A stretch of 37,405 nt of DNA from positions 1-37,405 of the forward strand of contig JAUZEY010000111.1 of NCBI GenBank assembly GCA_030838785.1, read 5' to 3'. This document shows positions 33,235 to 37,405 of this stretch, one piece after another. Numbering within the stretch: the stretch's first letter is position 1; each line of letters starts with the position of its first letter. This DNA is from Actinomycetota bacterium (GTDB taxonomy: Bacteria; Actinomycetota; Acidimicrobiia; IMCC26256; BP-133). The position numbers and the translations under genes are program-made. The notes under the pieces were generated by a model, which was given only the letters and a program-made list of their open reading frames with translations, searched no databases and had not been told where the DNA came from.

Positions 33235-34121
33235 GGTCCGGGGTTGGGCGACGGACGCAGACCGAGGAGCTCCATACGGGCCACATCGAGTTCGGCGTCG
33301 GACTTCTCCCGCACCAGCCGCAGGATCTCCTCGGCGTCCGGGCCCACCGGCACCCGGATGGGCGCAGGCGTCTCCTCAGCGGCCTCGATCACCTTCGCCG
33401 CCGCGGCGTCCGCCGGCAGCCCCCGGTCCTGCATGCTGTTCAAGGCGGCGGCAAAGGCATCGAACGCTTCGCCGTACAGGTCTCGCTGCTCGGGGGTCAT
33501 CGACCGGGCGACCTTCTCGAGCTCGGCGGCGGTCTTGCCCGGTCCGCCGGTGACCATGTTGCCCGGTTGGACCATCACGAAATCGACACCGAAGGGCTTC
33601 AGCTCGCCGCGGTAGACGTCAGCGAACGCCTCCAGTGCCGCCTTCGACGCGCTGGAGGGCCCGTTGAACGGCAGCGGAAAGCGACCGGTCAGCGAACCGA
33701 TCTGGACAATGCGGCCTCGAGCCTTGCGCAGCGCCGGCAGGAAGGCGTGGATCACCGAGAGGCTGCCGAAGACGTTGACGTCGAACTCCCGCTTGATCGC
33801 ATCGAGAGACAGCAGCTCGAGCGGACCCGGCGACAGGATGCCGGCGTTGTTGACCACCACATCGAGCCCGTCGTCACCGAGGGTCTCCGACACCTGGTTC
33901 GCCCACCCCTTGACGGCCGCCTCATCGGTCACGTCGCAGACGGTCACGGCGACCTTGCCTCCGGACGCCTGCGCGAGCTCTGGGACGGCCTCCGGCTCCC
34001 GGGCCGTACCGAACACGCGATAGCCCTTCGCTGCCAATCCCAGGGCGATCTCCCGGCCCAGTCCACTGCCTGCACCAGTGATCGCTGCCGCCCGCCGCTT
34101 CTCGGATCCTGCCGTGGTCAT
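33210..34121 (-). CDS. SDR-family protein with the catalytic Tyr replaced by Ser
   Basis: 303 aa with ITGAGSGLG (TGxxxGxG), NNAG and IGSLTG. Where YSASK is expected, the sequence reads GPSSASKAALEAF (codon TCC). It also has a C-terminal extension of about 50 aa. Confidence 0.8.
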   Translation of the reverse strand: MTTAGSEKRRAAAITGAGSGLGREIALGLAAKGYRVFGTAREPEAVPELAQASGGKVAVTVCDVTDEAAVKGWANQVSETLGDDGLDVVVNNAGILSPGPLELLSLDAIKREFDVNVFGSLSVIHAFLPALRKARGRIVQIGSLTGRFPLPFNGPSSASKAALEAFADVYRGELKPFGVDFVMVQPGNMVTGGPGKTAAELEKVARSMTPEQRDLYGEAFDAFAAALNSMQDRGLPADAAAAKVIEAAEETPAPIRVPVGPDAEEILRLVREKSDAELDVARMELLGLRPSPNPGPCEPCSTP

Positions 34122-34123
34122 GG

Positions 34124-34672
34124 TCAGAGCTCCTCGATCGGCGCCATCCGGTACACGAACGGGCCCAGTCCCTCGCCGATGGCGAACACGATCTTGACGA
34201 GCGCTTCCTGGGAGGCGGCGTTCTCGATGGGTCCGGCCCAGACCGGGTCGTACCCGGCATCACGATTCAGCTGCTCGACCGCCTCTCGCGCCTCGGCGTC
34301 CCCGCACCACAGGTTGCTCGGTCGCGCCCGGGCCTTGCTGAGCTCCGGGTACAGCGACGCGAAATTGATGTTGAACGCCTTGGCGGTCGGGCCGTTCGTC
34401 TTCGACTTCACGAACTCCGCATTGGAGGCGAAGCCGGCGGGTGGCACGACGCCGTAGAGGTTCGTGGCATCGATCACCGTCTTGCCTTCGATGCCCCCGA
34501 CCTTTTCCAGCGCCTCGGCGATCGCCCCGCCCGGCACCGCCAGCAGCACCACCTCGGCATCGGAAACATCGCCGCCGTCACGCCCGAGTCGGGTCACGGT
34601 GTGGCCGGCCTGCTCCCACAGATCCGCCAGCCCGCCGCCGACGTTGCCCTTGCCCACCACGGTGATCCGCAT
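34124..34672 (-). CDS. NADP oxidoreductase, coenzyme F420-dependent family (F420_oxidored fold)
   Basis: 182 aa beginning MRITVVGKGNVGGGLADLWEQAGHTVTRLGRD...VVLLAVPGGAI..., a dinucleotide-binding N-terminus typical of the family. AAAGGA lies upstream of the ATG at 34672. The rest of the 399-aa ORF is the propeller repeats read in a wrong frame. Confidence 0.78.
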   Translation of the reverse strand: MRITVVGKGNVGGGLADLWEQAGHTVTRLGRDGGDVSDAEVVLLAVPGGAIAEALEKVGGIEGKTVIDATNLYGVVPPAGFASNAEFVKSKTNGPTAKAFNINFASLYPELSKARARPSNLWCGDAEAREAVEQLNRDAGYDPVWAGPIENAASQEALVKIVFAIGEGLGPFVYRMAPIEEL

Positions 34673-34728
34673 GGCGAAGTCCTTTCGATCGGACCACGGC
34701 CGTCCGGACCGGCCGTGATGGCGCTGGG

Positions 34729-35505
34729 TCAGCTGGACTCCGTGGTGACGGGGAATTCGGTCACCACCCCGGCGGTGGTGATCCGCCCGACCTTGCCGGC
34801 GACCATCTCGGTGAACCACAGGGTCCCGTCCGGACCGGCCGTGATGCCGATGGGTCCGCTCGACGCCGTGGTGACGGGGAACTCCGTCACCACCCCGGCG
34901 GTGGTGATCCGCCCGACCTTGCCGGCGAGGGACTCGGTGAACCACAGGTTCCCGTCCGGACCGGCCGTGATCGCGATCGGTCCGCTCAACGCCGTGGTAA
35001 CGGGGAACTCCGTCACCACCCCGGCGGCAGTGATCCGCCCGACCTTGCCGGCGACCATCTCGGTGAACCACAGGTTCCCGTCCGGACCGGCCGTGATGCC
35101 GATGGGTCCGCTCGACGCCGTGGTGACGGGGAACTCCGTTACCACCCCGGCGGTGGTGATCCGCCCGATCTTGTTGGCGAAGGACTCGGTGAACCACAGG
35201 TTCCCGTCCGGACCGGCCGTGATGCCAGTGGGTCCGCTCGACGCCGTGGTGACGGGGAACTCCGTCACCACCCCGGCGGTGGTGACCCGCCCGATCTTGT
35301 TGGCGACCATCTCGGTGAACCACAGGTTCCCGTCCGGACCGGCCGTGATCTTATCGGGGCCGCTGAACGCCGTGGTGACGGGGAATTCGCTGATCGTGCC
35401 GGTGACGGCAGAGGCGCCAGGCGTCTCGGCGGCGATCAGGCCCAAGGCGCCGACTCCCGCCACCAGCGCGGCTCGCCACGGTCGGATCTTACGTTTGGTC
35501 GCCAT
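34729..35505 (-). CDS. Secreted streptogramin-lyase (Vgb)-like beta-propeller repeat protein
   Basis: 258 aa with a signal peptide (MATKRKIRPWRAALVAGVGALGLIAAETPGASA). Five 42-aa blades follow with the Vgb-type motif ITAGPDGNLWFTE..A.K.GRIT.AGVVTEFPV, plus an N-terminal half blade. GGGAGAGG lies upstream of the ATG at 35505. Confidence 0.8.
   Translation of the reverse strand: MATKRKIRPWRAALVAGVGALGLIAAETPGASAVTGTISEFPVTTAFSGPDKITAGPDGNLWFTEMVANKIGRVTTAGVVTEFPVTTASSGPTGITAGPDGNLWFTESFANKIGRITTAGVVTEFPVTTASSGPIGITAGPDGNLWFTEMVAGKVGRITAAGVVTEFPVTTALSGPIAITAGPDGNLWFTESLAGKVGRITTAGVVTEFPVTTASSGPIGITAGPDGTLWFTEMVAGKVGRITTAGVVTEFPVTTESS
34742..35371. repeat. Five tandem 126-nt repeats (about 90% or more identical), plus a partial sixth to about 35395
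   Basis: The unit gtggtgacggggaactccgtcaccaccccggcggtggtgatccgcccgaccttgccggcg...ggtccgctcgacgcc recurs exactly every 126 nt, in frame with the CDS above. Confidence 0.95.
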
Positions 35506-35683
35506 GTGGTTGCCTCTCCCGCTGCTCGGAACGGCCGGCACGGCGGGGTTCGTAGGCGCAGTAGGTGTCGTAGATCCCGCCGTGGGAAGCGATGCCGTGC
35601 AGGATCAGCAGGGCATGGTCGGCCCTTTCACCCTCGAAGCGGTAGGCGAAGGTCTCGCCCAGAACGTGCTCTTCTCGTCGCAT
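35489..35683 (-). pseudogene. Possible alpha/beta-hydrolase (lysophospholipase/monoglyceride-lipase-like) N-terminal remnant
   Basis: The 64-aa ORF MRREEHVLGETFAYRFEGERADHALLILHGIASHGGIYD... matches the usual N-terminal strand and HG oxyanion region. It then degenerates and runs into the start of the propeller gene. No nucleophile-elbow (GxSxG) region follows. Confidence 0.3.
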
Positions 35684-35690
35684 GGGCCGC

Positions 35691-35719
35691 AGTCTTATGA
35701 TTTTTTCTCCAGCTGTCAA
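35691..35719 (-). promoter_or_regulatory. Candidate sigma-70-type promoter (TTGACA-16/17 nt-TAAGACT) in the TetR divergent spacer
   Basis: The minus strand reads cTTGACAgctggagaaaaaatcaTAAGACt. The -10 ends about 7-8 nt before the ATG at 35683, suggesting a leaderless transcript. This is the AT-richest spot in the window. Confidence 0.4.
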
Positions 35720-35751
35720 GAAATAGTTCCGGGTGCGGGTACGCTGCCGTC

Positions 35752-36402
35752 GTGCCGCCCGAACCCACTGCGCCCACCGAGACCCGAGGCCGTCCCCGCC
35801 TCCGCCGCGACGACGAGATCCTCGACGCCGCGCTGCTCGCCTTCGCCACCCACGGCTACGCCGGCATGTCACTGCGCCAGCTCAACAGCGAGCTCGGCCT
35901 CAGCCACGGCACCATCAGCCACCGCTACGGCTCGAAGGAGCGGCTGTACTACGCCGCCGTCGATCACGGCTTCGGTGGGCTCATCGCCGAAATGGACGAC
36001 GAGATCGGGCGACGCCCGCCCGCGGCGGACGAACTCGCCCAGGTCCGCGAACGCTTCCGGGCCTTCCTGGTCGTCTCCGCCCGCCGCCCCGAACTCGTCC
36101 GGCTCATGAACCAGGAAGGCCTGCACGCCTCCGACCGGCTCAACTACATCTTCGACACCTACACCCAACCCGCCCTCGCCGACACCTTCGCCACGCTGGA
36201 GCGCCTGGCCAGCGCCGGCGTCCTCCGGCCCGTGCCCGCAAGGGCCTTGTTCTTCCTCCTCACCCACGGCGCCGCCGCTCCCTACACCCTGACCGCTCTC
36301 TCAGCCCGCTTCGACCCCGCCGACGGCCCCCTCGACGAACTGGCCCACGCCGAACTCATCACCGACGTGACGATCAACGCACTGCGCCGACCGGGCCCCT
36401 GA
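35752..36402 (+). CDS. TetR/AcrR-family transcriptional regulator
   Basis: 216 aa with an N-terminal HTH (ILDAALLAFATHGYAGMSLRQLNSELGLSHGTISHRYGSKERLY). It has a GTG start and is divergent from the propeller cluster. Confidence 0.9.
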   Translation: MPPEPTAPTETRGRPRLRRDDEILDAALLAFATHGYAGMSLRQLNSELGLSHGTISHRYGSKERLYYAAVDHGFGGLIAEMDDEIGRRPPAADELAQVRERFRAFLVVSARRPELVRLMNQEGLHASDRLNYIFDTYTQPALADTFATLERLASAGVLRPVPARALFFLLTHGAAAPYTLTALSARFDPADGPLDELAHAELITDVTINALRRPGP

Positions 36403-36503
36403 TCGAAGGCGAGCCCTCGCTGAACCGCTTCACCTCGTCGACGATCGGTCGTCCACGGACTCGCCGCCCGTCCCGGGTTCGTCGATGTCCGATTTCGCTG
36501 CAC

Positions 36504-36640
36504 TCAGGTGAAGTCTTGACCGCCGTCGACAAGGATCGTCTGGCCATTGACGTAGGCGCCGTCATCGGACAGCAGGAACGCCACCATCGCAGCGATGTCC
36601 TCCGGGACTCCAAGGCCCCGGTGGCCCCGCCGCGCTACGG
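36504..36640 (-). pseudogene. C-terminal remnant of an SDR gene
   Basis: The ORF ends ...GLGVPEDIAAMVAFLLSDDGAYVNGQTILVDGGQDFT*, a textbook SDR C-terminus. Nothing SDR-like lies upstream of about 36640 (no Rossmann or YxxxK part). Confidence 0.55.
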
Positions 36641-36649
36641 CAACGAGGT

Positions 36650-36905
36650 CAAGGAGACCGTCTCTACGAGGACTGGTCGACCCTCGACAAGTTCCAGCGC
36701 ACGAGGGGTGTGGCCGCCGTCGTCCGCGAGTCATTGGCAAGTGAACTGGCTGATGAAATGCAGAGTGCTATGCCAGCAGTCGAAGAACGCTACCGAGCGG
36801 AGAATGTCGGCCCATGGGACGACTGGGAATGGGGCTTCGTCAATGGCAAACTCTCGGCGCTGCGATGCGTGCTCGTGACTGGGACTTTTTGGACACCTGA
36901 CGAAA
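36650..36905 (+). pseudogene. Lower-GC fragment of an unknown protein, probably frameshifted near its end
   Basis: The open frame reads ...LYEDWSTLDKFQRT..ESLASELADEMQSAMPAVEERYRAENVGPWDDWEWGFVNGKLSALRCVL. There is no credible start or RBS. Another frame terminates immediately as DWDFLDT* (tgggactttttggacacctga). Confidence 0.3.
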
Positions 36906-37107
36906 CCGGGCGGCTTTGGCACCCTACCGAGTGCGCCGGAGGCCGGCGAACGGCGAGTCGGGACGACACGGGGGGGCACATCGATTCGGTGCTCTGTGCG
37001 GGAAAGAGGGGTGGGAGGGATGAGTTTCCTCCTACGACGACGAGGAACTCGACGCCTTCCTCGTAGACCTCCGGGCCTCCCGAGAATCCGGACTTGCCTG
37101 ACGCCTC

Positions 37108-37405
37108 GTGGCGCGCGTTGTCATCGACACCGACGTGGCGTCTGCCATCCAGAAGGGGCGGACCCCCGGCTGGGTCGCTCAGGCGATCCTCGGTCGGGAG
37201 GTGTGGCTGACCTTCGTCGCCGTCGGGGAGCTGGCCAAGTGGGCGGAGGTCCGGAGCTGGGGCGCCCCCGCCCGACGCCGGCTCGACAACTGGCTCGAGG
37301 GGCGTCCGATCATTCCGTACGACCCCAAGGTCGCCCGCACCTGGGGCGTCCTGCAGCCGCCCAACGGCGAGGGCGGCCCCGTCCCCAGAACGACATGTGG
37401 GTGGC
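37108..37405 (+). pseudogene. PIN-domain (VapC-like) toxin gene, frameshifted, running off the window end
   Basis: GTG-ARVVIDTDVASAI...FVAVGELAKWA...IIPYDPKVARTWGVL is read in frame 1. The expected continuation AAAQRRGRPRPQNDMWVA appears in another frame from about 37352, which implies a 1-nt indel. The conserved acidic residues D (IDTD), E (GEL) and D (NDMW) are all identifiable. Confidence 0.55.

Noticed and set aside
34742-35371. Regularly spaced repeats that could be mistaken for a CRISPR array.
   Set aside because: The repeats are contiguous with no unique spacers. The unit is 126 nt and in frame with a protein repeat, and no cas genes are present.
34124-36109. The 399-aa minus ORF (34124-35323) with repeated HHRRGGDGVPRHHGVERTHRHHGRSGREPVVHR units, and the 502-aa plus ORF (34601-36109) with repeated PSGPAVMPMGPLDAVVTGNSVTTPAVVIRPTL units.
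   Set aside because: These are the 126-nt propeller repeats read in wrong frames or on the wrong strand. Only the frame giving the Vgb-like blades has a signal peptide, an SD and a recognisable family motif. Only the last 182 codons of the 399-aa ORF (the F420_oxidored-like part) are real.
1-37405. A search by eye for integrase, transposase or recombinase genes, IS inverted repeats, cas genes or known defence-system genes that would mark a mobile or defence island.
   Set aside because: None was recognisable in any frame. The only toxin-antitoxin-like element is the frameshifted PIN gene at the window edge. The island hypothesis therefore rests only on the repeated element and on composition.

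Overview
This is a high-GC (about 70%) chromosomal segment of Actinomycetota type. The markers are a WhiB-family regulator, an F420-type oxidoreductase fold, many 4-nt GTGA/ATGA gene junctions and likely leaderless starts. No rRNA, tRNA, CRISPR array, integrase or transposase was recognised. Left part (1-11 kb): XdhC-like protein, a zinc-ribbon/low-complexity/TM protein coupled to trpD, a WhiB-like regulator, a glpD / AGPS-like flavoenzyme / membrane protein / glpK operon, a sensor-less GGDEF-EAL protein, and the RNase P RNA gene (type A). Centre (11.2-24.8 kb): one long minus-strand operon, which I consider the most interesting system. It encodes a multi-subunit ATP-dependent ketone-carboxylase-like enzyme of the acetone/acetophenone carboxylase family: two hydantoinase-A paralogues, a small 4-Cys gamma subunit and a hydantoinase-B subunit. 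These are followed by an unassigned 267-aa protein, a PaaK-type CoA ligase, a thiolase and an amidase, with a divergent GAF-PucR regulator. Next (24.8-32.7 kb): a livKHMGF-type ABC importer operon that continues into two uncharacterised envelope proteins, with an SDR gene after a 49-nt gap. Right part (32.7-37.4 kb): a TetR-flanked cluster with a secreted streptogramin-lyase(Vgb)-like propeller built from five near-identical 126-nt tandem repeats, an F420/NADP oxidoreductase-fold protein and an SDR with its catalytic Tyr replaced by Ser. This cluster is embedded in gene fragments: SnoaL-like, alpha/beta-hydrolase, SDR C-terminus, an unknown lower-GC fragment and a frameshifted PIN toxin. A ~25-40 nt element occurs in the same orientation in two intergenic regions (11.15 kb next to rnpB, and 32.95 kb), bracketing the 21.8-kb catabolic/transport block. 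All functional calls come from reading motifs in the translations by eye. No database search was run.
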